A stretch of DNA of 32,194 nucleotides from an uncultured Dechloromonas sp. Lineage in GTDB: Bacteria > Pseudomonadota > Gammaproteobacteria > Burkholderiales > Rhodocyclaceae. Where the stretch lies: contig CAYWNX010000001.1 in assembly GCA_964459735.1 (NCBI GenBank), positions 1 through 32,194 of the forward strand, read 5' to 3'. The notes under the pieces were generated by a model, which saw only the letters and a program-made list of their open reading frames with translations, searched no databases and had not been told where the DNA came from. Every line of letters starts with the position of its first letter. Position 1 is the stretch's first letter. Positions 17,823-27,750 of this stretch are shown piece by piece. The position numbers and the translations under genes are program-made.

Positions 17823-19085
17823 TTATTGCGGCAGCAGACTTTCGCCGGCATAAAGCTGTTCAACCGTTTCGCGCTGGCGGATGACAAAGGTCCGATCGCC
17901 ATCGACCATTATTTCAACTGCCCGCGGCCGGGTGTTGTAGTTTGAGCTCATCGCCATGCCGTAGGCGCCCGCCGACATGACGGCCAGCAGGTCACCCGCT
18001 TCAATGCAAAGCGGCCGAGCCTGACCGAGAAAGTCACCGGTTTCGCAGACCGGACCAACGACATCGTAGGAAGGGCAGTCGCCGGTACGCGGCACTACCG
18101 GCAGAATGTCGTGCCAGGCCTCATAGAGCGCCGGCCGCATCAGGTCGTTCATGGCGGCGTCGATGATGGCAAAACTCTTGCCTTCACCTGGCTTCAGATA
18201 TTCGACACGGGTCAGCAGCAAGCCGGCATTGCCAACCAGACGGCGACCCGGCTCCAGAACCACCTTCAGACCGCGGCCGGCCAGCTTGTCGAGCAAGGGG
18301 GTCAAGTAAGATGCCACCGTCGGTTGTACCTGCTCGTCCTTGTACTTGATTCCGAGGCCGCCACCAAGATCAAGGTGATGAATGTGAATACCTTCTGCGG
18401 TCAACTGGTCAAGCAGGGCCAAAATGCGGTCAAGCGCCTCGACGAAGGGTGCGGGGTCGAGCAATTGCGAGCCGATGTGGCAGTCGATGCCGGCGACCTC
18501 GATATTCGGCAAGGCGGCGGCGCGACGATAGAGTGCCAAGGCGTCCTCGTAGGCCACGCCAAATTTTGCTTCCTTGAGGCCGGTCGAGATATACGGATGT
18601 GTTTTCGGGTCAACGTTGGGATTGACGCGCAGGCTGACCGGTGCCTGCTTGCCGGATTGACCAGCCACTTCATTGAGGCGTTCCAGTTCGGCGGCGGATT
18701 CGACGTTGAAGCAGAAAATGCCGACATCAAGAGCCTGTTTCATCTCTACAGCAGTCTTGCCAACCCCGGAGAAAACTACTTTTTTCGGATCGGCGCCCGC
18801 GGCCAATACACGCTGCAATTCACCACCGGAAACGATGTCAAACCCGGCGCCCATGCGCGCAAAGATATTGAGGACGGCAAGATTGGCGTTGGCTTTAACG
18901 GCAAAGCAGACAAGCGCACCGTTGCCGGCGGGGTGGCTACCCAATACGTCTTGGAACTCGTGCAGCGAGGCTTCCAAAGCGGCCCGTGAATAGATGTAGG
19001 CCGGTGTGCCGAACTGTTCGGCAAGCTCGGGGAGGGCAACGGATTCGGCATGCAGGACGCCGTTTTTCAGGGTAAATGAGCTCAT
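17823..19085 (-). CDS. lysA: Diaminopimelate decarboxylase
   Basis: FAVKAN (PLP Lys), FDIVSGGE, HIGSQ, LDLGGG, EPGR, GPVCETGD and GAYG..MSSNYNTRPR. Confidence 0.98.
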   Translation of the reverse strand: MSSFTLKNGVLHAESVALPELAEQFGTPAYIYSRAALEASLHEFQDVLGSHPAGNGALVCFAVKANANLAVLNIFARMGAGFDIVSGGELQRVLAAGADPKKVVFSGVGKTAVEMKQALDVGIFCFNVESAAELERLNEVAGQSGKQAPVSLRVNPNVDPKTHPYISTGLKEAKFGVAYEDALALYRRAAALPNIEVAGIDCHIGSQLLDPAPFVEALDRILALLDQLTAEGIHIHHLDLGGGLGIKYKDEQVQPTVASYLTPLLDKLAGRGLKVVLEPGRRLVGNAGLLLTRVEYLKPGEGKSFAIIDAAMNDLMRPALYEAWHDILPVVPRTGDCPSYDVVGPVCETGDFLGQARPLCIEAGDLLAVMSAGAYGMAMSSNYNTRPRAVEIMVDGDRTFVIRQRETVEQLYAGESLLPQ

Positions 19086-19264
19086 TTTGGGTTTGCTTTT
19101 GTGTCCGTGCTAACATCCGCTGCGTCTGTTTTGGCTGCGGGTTTTGCCGCTTTTGGGGTGCCGAACAGAGGTTCTGGAGCTGGGCCAGGCGGTAGTTGGA
19201 GGGGGCCTTTCATGCCGCAGGCGGCAAGGCCAATAGTCAGTAAAACGGCAGCTATTCGGGTCAT
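19082..19264 (-). CDS. lptM: Small lipoprotein, LptM/LppL family
   Basis: ATG 19264: MTRIAAVLLTIGLAACGMKGPLQLPP. Lipobox LAAC followed by the GxKGPLxLP motif; located between cyaY and lysA. Confidence 0.85.
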   Translation of the reverse strand: MTRIAAVLLTIGLAACGMKGPLQLPPGPAPEPLFGTPKAAKPAAKTDAADVSTDTKANPK

Positions 19265-19306
19265 TGGCGACGGCGCTGTCAGTAAAGATTGGGATGGTAG
19301 CACACG

Positions 19307-19624
19307 ATGGATGACAAGGAATTCAACAGCTTGGCCGATGTTACGCTGACTCGAATCGAGCATGCGCTGGAGGCTAGTGAGGCCGATATTGATTTCGAAC
19401 TGGCTGCCGGCGGTGTGCTGGAAATCGAATTTGCCGATGGCAGCAAGATCATCGTCAATCGCCATGGCGTGGCACGCGAAATCTGGGTGGCTGCCAAGGC
19501 GGGTGGCTTCCACTTTCGCTGGGATGGCGAAGCTTGGCGCGATACCCGCGATGGTGCCGAATTGATGGAAAAACTCTCCACTCTTGCCAGTCAACAGGCG
19601 GGCGAGAAAATCGTTCTTGGCTGA
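19307..19624 (+). CDS. cyaY: Iron donor protein CyaY (frataxin)
   Basis: MDDKEFNSLAD, GVLEIEF..GSKIIVNR and EIWVAAKAGGFHF. Confidence 0.96.
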   Translation: MDDKEFNSLADVTLTRIEHALEASEADIDFELAAGGVLEIEFADGSKIIVNRHGVAREIWVAAKAGGFHFRWDGEAWRDTRDGAELMEKLSTLASQQAGEKIVLG

Positions 19625-21934
19625 TTAATCGGCCGGCGGCTTGTCGAGTTCCGGCTTGGGTTCAGGTGTCGGCTCGTCCTCTTCCGGCGGGCGTTCCTTG
19701 GCCGCATTTTCCGCGTAAATATAACTACGTTCGCGTCCCTCGCCGGTCGTGATCAATCCTTCCGGTGTCTCAGGCAGTTGAATTGGAACATCCTTCAAGG
19801 CCCGGCTCATGTAGCCGATCCAGATCGGCAGTGCCGCAGCGCCACCGGTTTCCTTTTCACCCAGTTTTTTCGGCTGATCGAAGCCGATCCAGGCGCAGCC
19901 GGAAACGGTCATCTGGTAACCGCAAAACCAGGCATCAACATACTCGTTGGTGGTGCCCGTCTTCCCGGCCAGGTCGTGGCGCTTTAGCGCGACGGAGGCT
20001 TTGGCTGCCGTGCCATAAATGGTCACGTCGCGCAGCATTGCATCCATCATGAAGGCATTGCGTGGGTCGATCGCACGAATTGAGTCATCGCCGGCCTGAA
20101 CTTCAGCAGAGTGAGCCAAAACCTGGTTTTTCTCATTACGAATTTCGCGCACGATGTAAGGGTTGATCTTGAAGCCGCCATTGGCGAAGACGGCATATCC
20201 AGTCACCATCTGCCAGGGAGTGACCGAACCAGCGCCGAGTGCCATGGTCAGATAGGGCGGATGCTTGGCCGGATCGAAGCCGAAGCGTCCGGCGTAGTCC
20301 TGAGCGTAGTGCGTGCCGATGGATTGAAGTAGGCGGATCGACACCATATTCTTCGACTTGGCCAGGGCCGTCCGCATCTTCATAGGGCCTTCGTATTTGC
20401 CGTCATAGTTGCGTGGTTCCCAAGCTTGGGAGCCCGTTTGGGTGGCCGAAATGACAATCGGTTCATCAGCCAGAATGCTATTCGGACTGTAACCTTTTTC
20501 CAGTGAGGCGGAATAAATAAAGGGCTTGAAGCTGGAGCCCGGTTGCCGCCAGGCTTGGGTGACGTGGTTGAATTTGTTGCGATTGAAGTCGAAACCGCCC
20601 ACCAGTGCGCGAATGGCGCCATCCTGAGGCGCGATGGCGACAAAGGCTGATTCAACCTCGGGTAACTGGGATATCTGCCAGTTACCCTTGTCGTCCTTCT
20701 GGATGCGAACGATGGCGCCGCGCTTCAGGCGCTTGTTGGGTGGTGCCTTGTCATCCAGCATCCGGGCTGCGAACTTCATCGCATCTCCGCTCAATGTGAC
20801 GAATTCGCCACCTTTGCGGTAGACCTTGATCTGCTTTGCATCTGCAGCCAGCACTAGGGCAGGAATCAGGTCGCCGGCATCGTGGATGTCCTGCAGTGCT
20901 TCATCGATGGCTTCATCCTGATCGGAACTGATTTCCTTCATGTCCAGAAACGATTCGGCGCCACGATAGCCGTGACGGCGATCGTAATCCATGACGCCCT
21001 TGCGCAGGCTGTTGTAGGCAGCCTGCTGCTCATCCTTGATTAGGGTGGTATAAATCTGCATGCCGCGGGAGTAAACGTCCTCCGGAAAGCGCTCGGCAGC
21101 GATTTGGCGGGCCATTTCTGCGGCAAATTCGGCGTGCACTGCATACTCGGCCAGTTCGCGCTTGATAATCAAAGGCTCCTTAAGGGCAGCTTGGTGCTGA
21201 GCATCAGTGATGTGCCCCAGTTCATGCATCCGGCGCAAGACATACTGCTGGCGAAGTCGGGCGCGCTTGGGGTTGGCGATCGGATTATAGGCCGAGGGTG
21301 CCTTCGGCAGGCCGGCTAGCATCGCCGCTTCCGCGATGGAAATGTCCTTCAGCGGCTTGCCGAAATAAATCTGCGAGGCGGCAGCAAAGCCATAAGCGCG
21401 CTGGCCGAGGAATATCTGATTGATGTAAAGCTCAAAAATCTGGTCTTTAGAGAGATTGTTTTCGATCTTGAAGGAGAGTAGTGCTTCGTAAAGCTTGCGA
21501 CTGTAGGTTTTTTCACCGGTCAGAAAAAAGTTTCGTGCAACTTGCTGGGTGATCGTCGAGGCCCCCTGCTTCTTGCTGCCGCCCAGCAGATTGGTGCCTG
21601 CCGCGCGTAAAACGCCTAGGTAGTCAATGCCGCCATGCTCGTAGAAACGGTCATCCTCGGCAGAAAGAATGGCATGTTTCATGATGTTGGGTACTTCGCC
21701 GATTGTAACGACGGCCCGGCGTTCTTCGCCAAATTCACCGATCAGGTGATTGTCGGCCGTATATACCCGGAGTGGGATTTTGGGGCGATAATCAGTCAGC
21801 AGTTCGAGCGAAGGAAGGTTGGGATAGGTCAGCACCAGTATGATGATTGCGACCGCAATGCCAATGGCCACAAAGCCCAGCAAGGCGATGAGCGGATAAA
21901 GGATGAAGCGAAATGCCAAGGGGAGTGAAGGCAC
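19625..21934 (-). CDS. mrcA: Penicillin-binding protein 1A
   Basis: N-terminal TM; transglycosylase motifs EDDRFYEH, GASTITQQ, RKLYE; transpeptidase motifs SSFK, SKN, KTGT; divergent from pilM. Confidence 0.96.
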   Translation of the reverse strand: MPSLPLAFRFILYPLIALLGFVAIGIAVAIIILVLTYPNLPSLELLTDYRPKIPLRVYTADNHLIGEFGEERRAVVTIGEVPNIMKHAILSAEDDRFYEHGGIDYLGVLRAAGTNLLGGSKKQGASTITQQVARNFFLTGEKTYSRKLYEALLSFKIENNLSKDQIFELYINQIFLGQRAYGFAAASQIYFGKPLKDISIAEAAMLAGLPKAPSAYNPIANPKRARLRQQYVLRRMHELGHITDAQHQAALKEPLIIKRELAEYAVHAEFAAEMARQIAAERFPEDVYSRGMQIYTTLIKDEQQAAYNSLRKGVMDYDRRHGYRGAESFLDMKEISSDQDEAIDEALQDIHDAGDLIPALVLAADAKQIKVYRKGGEFVTLSGDAMKFAARMLDDKAPPNKRLKRGAIVRIQKDDKGNWQISQLPEVESAFVAIAPQDGAIRALVGGFDFNRNKFNHVTQAWRQPGSSFKPFIYSASLEKGYSPNSILADEPIVISATQTGSQAWEPRNYDGKYEGPMKMRTALAKSKNMVSIRLLQSIGTHYAQDYAGRFGFDPAKHPPYLTMALGAGSVTPWQMVTGYAVFANGGFKINPYIVREIRNEKNQVLAHSAEVQAGDDSIRAIDPRNAFMMDAMLRDVTIYGTAAKASVALKRHDLAGKTGTTNEYVDAWFCGYQMTVSGCAWIGFDQPKKLGEKETGGAAALPIWIGYMSRALKDVPIQLPETPEGLITTGEGRERSYIYAENAAKERPPEEDEPTPEPKPELDKPPAD

Positions 21935-21964
21935 AGTGTTGAGGATCAGGTTGTCGTTGCGCCG

Positions 21965-21970
21965 ATTATA
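21965..21970 (-). promoter_or_regulatory. Putative -10 element for mrcA
   Basis: Perfect TATAAT on the minus strand 31 nt upstream of the start; weak -35. Confidence 0.45.
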
Positions 21971-22000
21971 CGCTGTGGCCTGGCGGCGCCGTAAAAGTGC

Positions 22001-22029
22001 TTTACATGCCTAGGGGTTGTTGCTAGGAT
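22001..22029 (+). promoter_or_regulatory. Putative sigma70 promoter for pilMNOPQ
   Basis: TTTACA, 17 nt, TAGGAT with TGn extended -10. Confidence 0.55.
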
Positions 22030-22091
22030 TTGAAGTGAATTATTGGTTGTTTTGCTAACTACGTATTCTATAAAGACTTTTTGGGGGTCTG

Positions 22092-23177
22092 GTGGGCTTT
22101 GATATTTCCATGTTGTTGAATACCAAGGCGCGTCCCTTGATCGGATTGGACATCAGTTCGTCCGCGGTCAAGCTGGTTGAACTGACCGCCAACGGTAAGG
22201 ATGGCTACCGCGTCGAGCGTTACACCATAGAGGTGCTACCGAAAGACGCGGTGTCCGATGGCAATATTGCCAATCTGGAAGGGGTTGTTGATTGCGTCAG
22301 GCGTGCTTGGAAGCGTTTGGGAACGTCGACGCGCAATGTTGCAATGGCCTTGCCAGGCTCTGCGGTTATCACCAAGAAAATTATTGTTCCCGCCGGTCTG
22401 CGCGACGAGGAATTGGAAGCCCAGGTCGAATCGGAAGCCAATCAATACATTCCATTCGCGATTGATGAGGTCAATCTGGATTATCAGATTATTGGCCCCT
22501 CACCTTCCGTGCCGGACGAATTGGAGGTCTTGATTGCGGCCTCCAAAAAAGAACGGGTTGACGACCGTATCGCTGTTGCCGATGCGGCTGGTCTCAAGGC
22601 GGTCGTTGTTGATGTCGAGTCGCTTGCGGCATTGTCTGCCTTCGAACTAATTGAGCGCCAGTTGCCGGAGTCCGGGAAAAACCAGGTGGTGGCCCTGATT
22701 GATGCTGGTGCCAACGTCATGAATCTGACCGTGCTGCGCAATGGTTTGCAACTCTATGCGCGCGAACAGGCCTTCGGCGGCGGGCTGCTGACCCAGGATA
22801 TTACCCGGCATTATGGTATGACCTACGAGGACGCCGAGGCAGCCAAACGGGCCGGCAATCTACCTGAGGGCTATGAAGCTGAATTGCTCAACCCGTTTAT
22901 GGAAAATTTGGCGCTTGAAGTGTCGCGTGCCCTGCAATTTTTCTTTACTTCAACCCAATACAATCAGGTAAACCATATTGTATTGGCTGGTGGCTGTGCT
23001 GTTATTCCCGGTATTGACGAGGTTGTTGCAACTCGTACCCAGGTCAATACACTGATCGCCAATCCTTTCGCCAATATGATTGTTTCCGATCGGGTGCGGG
23101 CCAAGAGTCTGCTGGCCGATTCGTCGTCTCTGATGGTGGCTTGTGGTTTGGCTTTGCGGAGGTTTGATCCGTCATGA
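22092..23177 (+). CDS. pilM: Type IV pilus assembly protein PilM
   Basis: IGLDISSSAVKLVEL, IDAGAN and LAGG actin-like motifs; ACGLALRRF. Start could instead be ATG 22110. Confidence 0.96.
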   Translation: MGFDISMLLNTKARPLIGLDISSSAVKLVELTANGKDGYRVERYTIEVLPKDAVSDGNIANLEGVVDCVRRAWKRLGTSTRNVAMALPGSAVITKKIIVPAGLRDEELEAQVESEANQYIPFAIDEVNLDYQIIGPSPSVPDELEVLIAASKKERVDDRIAVADAAGLKAVVVDVESLAALSAFELIERQLPESGKNQVVALIDAGANVMNLTVLRNGLQLYAREQAFGGGLLTQDITRHYGMTYEDAEAAKRAGNLPEGYEAELLNPFMENLALEVSRALQFFFTSTQYNQVNHIVLAGGCAVIPGIDEVVATRTQVNTLIANPFANMIVSDRVRAKSLLADSSSLMVACGLALRRFDPS

Positions 23178-23752
23178 TCCGTATTAACCTCCTTCCGCAC
23201 CGTGAAGAAGCCAAAAAAGCGAAGCGCGAGCAGTTTTACCTCCTTACGGGTCTGGTCTCCGTTCTTGGCGCAATTATTGTTTTCGCGATCTATACCTTGA
23301 TTGACGGTCAAGTTACTGCACAGGCCAGTAACAATGATTTTCTTAAACAGGAAATTGCCGTACTCGACAAGCAGCTAGACCAGATCAAGCGGCTCAAGGA
23401 GCAGACGCAGGCGCTTCTGTCGCGCAAACAGGTTATTGAAAATTTACAGCGGGATCGTGGTGAGACTGTTTACCTGCTCGGCGAGATGGTCAGGCAGGTT
23501 CCTGACGGTGTCTTTCTCAGGACTCTCAAGCAGGATGGATTGAAGGTTAGTTTGACGGGCTATGCTCAATCCAATGCCCGGGTCTCTGCCTTGATGCGTA
23601 ATATTGATGCCTCTCCTTGGCTGGAGAGTCCGCAACTGGTCGAGGTTAAAGCGGGTATTCTCAATGGGCGTCGAATCAACGAGTTCAGTATGAATTTTGT
23701 ACTGACGCGGGCCAAGTCCGATGATGTCAAGAGTGGAAAGGCCGCCAAATGA
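23174..23752 (+). CDS. pilN: Type IV pilus assembly protein PilN
   Basis: MIRINLLPHRE motif, TM segment, GYAQSNARVSALMRN. Confidence 0.96.
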   Translation: MIRINLLPHREEAKKAKREQFYLLTGLVSVLGAIIVFAIYTLIDGQVTAQASNNDFLKQEIAVLDKQLDQIKRLKEQTQALLSRKQVIENLQRDRGETVYLLGEMVRQVPDGVFLRTLKQDGLKVSLTGYAQSNARVSALMRNIDASPWLESPQLVEVKAGILNGRRINEFSMNFVLTRAKSDDVKSGKAAK

Positions 23753-24414
23753 AAGCCAAGTCCATATCAATGCCCAAAATTGACTTTCAGCAGGTCCTTG
23801 ACGATTTTCGTCATATGAATCCCAACGACCCTGGGTCGTGGCATCGGATTCCCAAGGTAACCGTTCTGGCTGGTCTGTTCCTGGTTATTCTTGTTGCTGG
23901 CTGGTGGTTTGTCTGGAATGACCAGCTTACCGAGCTTGATAACAAGCAGCGTGAAGAGGAAACCCTTAAGCAGCAATTTTTGGATAAAAAGCGCCAGGCA
24001 GTCAATCTTGAGCTTTACACACAGCAGCTTGCCGACATTGATCGATCATTTGGCGCCTTGTTAAAGCAATTGCCGAATAAATCGGAAATTGAGGCTTTGC
24101 TGATAGAGGTCAACCAAGCCGGTCTTGGGCGTGGCCTGCAGTTCGAACTCTTCCGACCCGCTCAGGAGCAGATCAAGGACTTCTACGCCGAGTTGCCGAT
24201 TGTGGTCAAAATTAACGGGACTTATCACGATTTTGGTGCGTTCGCGGCTGATATCGCCAAGCTTCCACGGATTGTGACGTTGAACAACATATCGATTGCG
24301 CCCCTCAAGGATGGCGGCGTTTTGACGATGGATGCCACAACGAAAACCTTCCGTTATCTGGATGAAGAAGAGATCGCCAAGCAGAAAAAATCCGCACAAG
24401 GAGCGAAGAAGTGA
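23749..24414 (+). CDS. pilO: Type IV pilus assembly protein PilO
   Basis: TM segment, LLKQLPNKSE, FYAELP and LPRIVTL. Confidence 0.95.
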   Translation: MKAKSISMPKIDFQQVLDDFRHMNPNDPGSWHRIPKVTVLAGLFLVILVAGWWFVWNDQLTELDNKQREEETLKQQFLDKKRQAVNLELYTQQLADIDRSFGALLKQLPNKSEIEALLIEVNQAGLGRGLQFELFRPAQEQIKDFYAELPIVVKINGTYHDFGAFAADIAKLPRIVTLNNISIAPLKDGGVLTMDATTKTFRYLDEEEIAKQKKSAQGAKK

Positions 24415-24956
24415 AGCGAATATTGCTTACCGCCCTCTGTATTGCCTTGGTGGCCTGTTCCGGCGAGGGGCATGACGACCTGAAGCAGTGGATGGCAGAC
24501 AACACCAAGGGTCTACGCGGAGGTGTGCCCAAGCTGCCCGAGGTGATGCCCTACCAGCCGGTTCCATACGATGTTGAGGGTATGCTTGATCCATTCAAGC
24601 CGGGAAAGATTGAGCCAGAATCCAAACGCGGGCAGGGCGGGGGCAAGGGCGGCATTTTTCAGCCTGATTTCGACGCCCGTGAATTGCGTAACAGCCTTCT
24701 TGAAAAATATCCGATTGAATCGCTCAAAATGATTGGCTTCCTCAATATCAACAAACAGCCAATGGCAGTGGTGCAAGTGGAAGACAAGGTCAAGCAAGTT
24801 AAGGTTGGAGATTACATTGGCCTTGATTTCGGCATGGTGACGCAGATTTCGGACAAGGAAGTCGAACTGCGCGAATTGATTCAGGACTCTGCAGGTGACT
24901 GGAGCGAGCGCAAGAGCACGCTTTACCTACAGAGCAAGGAGGGAAGCAAGAAATGA
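24411..24956 (+). CDS. pilP: Type IV pilus lipoprotein PilP
   Basis: Lipobox LVAC, DPF, LEKYPIESLKMIG and GDYIGLDFG. Confidence 0.95.
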   Translation: MKRILLTALCIALVACSGEGHDDLKQWMADNTKGLRGGVPKLPEVMPYQPVPYDVEGMLDPFKPGKIEPESKRGQGGGKGGIFQPDFDARELRNSLLEKYPIESLKMIGFLNINKQPMAVVQVEDKVKQVKVGDYIGLDFGMVTQISDKEVELRELIQDSAGDWSERKSTLYLQSKEGSKK

Positions 24957-27142
24957 AATTCATCAACTACTCGCTGGTAGTCGCTTCGGCCTGCCTTGCA
25001 TTTGTTTCGCCGCTGAAGGCCCAGACACTCCCGGCCAATAGCATTGAAGCAATCAACGTTGCTCAACAGGGAAACGATATTGCCGTCAAGATTGACCTCA
25101 AGGAAGCGCTGACGTCGCCGCCAGCTGGCTTTAGCATTGCCAACCCAGCCAAAATTGCCCTCGATTTTCCGTCGACCGCAAACGGCTTGGGGAAAAATAG
25201 CCAAGTGGTAAATGAAGGCGACCTGCGCAGTCTGAACGTTGTGCAGGTAGGTGAGCGGACTCGCCTGGTGCTTAATCTTGGGCGCAATATGAATTACACA
25301 ACGCGCCTTGATGGCAAGTCGCTCTATGTGATGCTTTCACCCATTGCTCGGATCGGCGATTCGGCCGCCCAGCGCGCTACCCGTTTTGCTGAGGAAAGTG
25401 CTGTGGGCAGCAAGCATGCGCTGCGCGATGTAATGTTCCGTCGAGGCAAAGATGGGGAGGGGCGGATTGTTGTTGATCTCAGCGACGCCGGAACCGGCAT
25501 CGATATTCGGCAACAGGGTGCCAATTTGATCGTCGATTTCATGAAGACGTCGATACCGGAGCATCTGCGTCGCAAGCTGGATGTGGTTGATTTCGCAACG
25601 CCGGTTTCGAGCGTTGAAACCAGGGCGATGGGTGAAAACGTTCGCATGACGATTTCGCCGAAAGGGTTGTGGGAACATAACGCTTACCAGAGCGACAACC
25701 AGTTTGTCGTTGAGGTAAAACGCATTATTGAAGACCCGAACAAACTTGTTCAGGGAAGCAAGGTTGGTTACGAGGGGCCGCGGGTCAGTATCAATTATCA
25801 GAACGGTGATGTTCGCGCTTTGCTTCGTCTAATGGCGGAAGAACTGGGTTTGAACGCGGTGATTAGTGACACCGTTACCGGTATGACGACACTGGTGCTC
25901 AAGGATGTGCCGGCTGATCAGGTGATTGATATCATCTTCCAGCAAAAGGGTCTGGACATGCGCAAGAAGGGCAATATCATCATGATTGCCCCTCGGGATG
26001 AAATTGCCACTCGTGAAAAGCTTGAGTTTGAATCGAAGCAGCAAAACAGCGATCTGGAGCCTTTGAAGCTAGAGCAATTCGTCATGAATTATCAGAAGGC
26101 GGCAGATGTGGCGCGGCTCTTGTCCGGAATGGCCGTTGCCGGGGGAGCTGCTCCAGCAGCTGGGGCAAATGTTGCTGCTCAGCGCTTGCTGAGCAAGCGA
26201 GGAAGCGCCATTGCCGACCCGCAGTCGAATATCGTTTTCGTGAACGATATACCGTCGAAGCTTGAAGAGATTCGCAGCTTCATCAAAGCGATCGATATAG
26301 GTGCGCGACAGGTGTTGATTGAGGCACGAGTGGTTGAGGCGAACGACACGTTTAACCGGGAATTGGGCGTGAAAATGAATTTCCTGAGTCGCCGGGCTGA
26401 ACAGATTGGCAACAGCGGCGTTTACGTCGGTGGTGGCGCATATGCACCACCGACCTCAAGCTCAAGTTCGACGACTACCGGTGGTGTAACTACAACAAAC
26501 TCAACGTTTACGCCTGGTACCCAGACATCCGCCAATGCACTTGGCGTAAATTTGCCATCCTTTACCTCAACAGGTGGCACTCTTGCTCTGTCATTGTTCA
26601 ATGCCTCACTGACCAGGATTCTGAATCTCGAACTGGCAGCGCTGGAGTCGGATGGTATCGGCAAGATTGTTTCAAGTCCGCGGGTGATTACTGCCAACAA
26701 CGTCAAGGCCAAGATCGAGGACGGAACCGAAATTCCTTATGTCACGACGCAGACTACTGGCGGAGCGGTAACACAAACTGTCAGTTTCAAATCAGCCAAG
26801 CTTTCGCTGGAAGCGACGCCGCAGATTACACCTGAAGGGACGGTCAGAATGTTGCTGGTGGTCAAGAAGGAGGAACCGGACTATACCCGGGCGATTCTTG
26901 GTAACCCACCGATCAAAAGCTCCATTGTCGAGACCAACGTTGTGGTTGAAAATGGTGGAACCGTGGTCATCGGCGGAGTTTTTGTCACCGACAGTCAGAA
27001 TTCAGTTGAGAAGGTACCTTTGCTGGGTGATATCCCCTTCTTTGGCTGGATGTTCAAATACAAGAATGAGATCGGAAAGCGCCGTGAGTTGCTGGTCTTC
27101 ATTACGCCGCGGATTGTTTCCGACAAGCTTCGCTTTGACTGA
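24953..27142 (+). CDS. pilQ: Type IV pilus secretin PilQ
   Basis: AMIN domains, N0/N3 regions, QVLIEARVVE, PQITPEG and VPLLGDIPFFGWMFK..ELLVFITPRIV. Confidence 0.97.
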   Translation: MKFINYSLVVASACLAFVSPLKAQTLPANSIEAINVAQQGNDIAVKIDLKEALTSPPAGFSIANPAKIALDFPSTANGLGKNSQVVNEGDLRSLNVVQVGERTRLVLNLGRNMNYTTRLDGKSLYVMLSPIARIGDSAAQRATRFAEESAVGSKHALRDVMFRRGKDGEGRIVVDLSDAGTGIDIRQQGANLIVDFMKTSIPEHLRRKLDVVDFATPVSSVETRAMGENVRMTISPKGLWEHNAYQSDNQFVVEVKRIIEDPNKLVQGSKVGYEGPRVSINYQNGDVRALLRLMAEELGLNAVISDTVTGMTTLVLKDVPADQVIDIIFQQKGLDMRKKGNIIMIAPRDEIATREKLEFESKQQNSDLEPLKLEQFVMNYQKAADVARLLSGMAVAGGAAPAAGANVAAQRLLSKRGSAIADPQSNIVFVNDIPSKLEEIRSFIKAIDIGARQVLIEARVVEANDTFNRELGVKMNFLSRRAEQIGNSGVYVGGGAYAPPTSSSSSTTTGGVTTTNSTFTPGTQTSANALGVNLPSFTSTGGTLALSLFNASLTRILNLELAALESDGIGKIVSSPRVITANNVKAKIEDGTEIPYVTTQTTGGAVTQTVSFKSAKLSLEATPQITPEGTVRMLLVVKKEEPDYTRAILGNPPIKSSIVETNVVVENGGTVVIGGVFVTDSQNSVEKVPLLGDIPFFGWMFKYKNEIGKRRELLVFITPRIVSDKLRFD

Positions 27143-27165
27143 CCGTCAAGCAATCATGTAAACCG

Positions 27166-27190
27166 AGGCCGGCAATGCCGGCCTTTTTTT
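27166..27190 (+). terminator. Intrinsic terminator after pilQ
   Basis: AGGCCGGC-AAT-GCCGGCCT followed by a T run. Confidence 0.85.
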
Positions 27191-27222
27191 GTGCCTAGAC
27201 CAGAGTCAGATAGAATCCGGCC

Positions 27223-27750
27223 GTGGAAAATCGTCGAAACATATATCTCGTTGGCCTGATGGGGGCCGGCAAAACAACTGTCGGTCGGCAACTGGCCAGG
27301 CGCTTGGGGCGGCATTTTTACGACTCTGATCATGAAATTGTCGAACGCACAGGAGTGCTTATACCGACGATCTTCGAAATAGAGGGTGAGGAGGGGTTTC
27401 GCCGTCGTGAGGCGCAAACGATTGCCGAGTTGTCGGATATTGACAATATTGTGCTGGCAACTGGCGGCGGTGCGGTGCTCAATCCAGAAAATCGCAAGAT
27501 ACTTCACGAAACGGGTTGGTGCGTGTATCTCAATGTTCCGCCGGTGCTGCTCTATGAGCGCACAAAACACGACCGGAATCGCCCCTTGTTACAGGTAGAG
27601 GATCCTTTGGCCAAGTTGGAGGAACTTTACACGGCGCGTGACCCTCTTTATCGTGACGCCGCCCATTTCGTGGTCGAGGGTTCTCACTTGGTGGCTTCGG
27701 GCATTGTTCAGCAATTATTGCGGGAATTTAGCCGTTTATGCAAAACCTGA
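27223..27750 (+). CDS. aroK: Shikimate kinase
   Basis: [10 protein letters not shown]-loop, [19 protein letters not shown] and RPLL. Confidence 0.97.
   Translation: MENRRNIYLVGLMGAGKTTVGRQLARRLGRHFYDSDHEIVERTGVLIPTIFEIEGEEGFRRREAQTIAELSDIDNIVLATGGGAVLNPENRKILHETGWCVYLNVPPVLLYERTKHDRNRPLLQVEDPLAKLEELYTARDPLYRDAAHFVVEGSHLVASGIVQQLLREFSRLCKT

Noticed and set aside
19265-19594. 170-aa version of the lipoprotein ORF
   Set aside because: The extension is antisense to cyaY; the lipobox places the start at 19264. Extended starts at 3032, 4746, 9645 and 12491 were rejected on similar RBS/overlap grounds.
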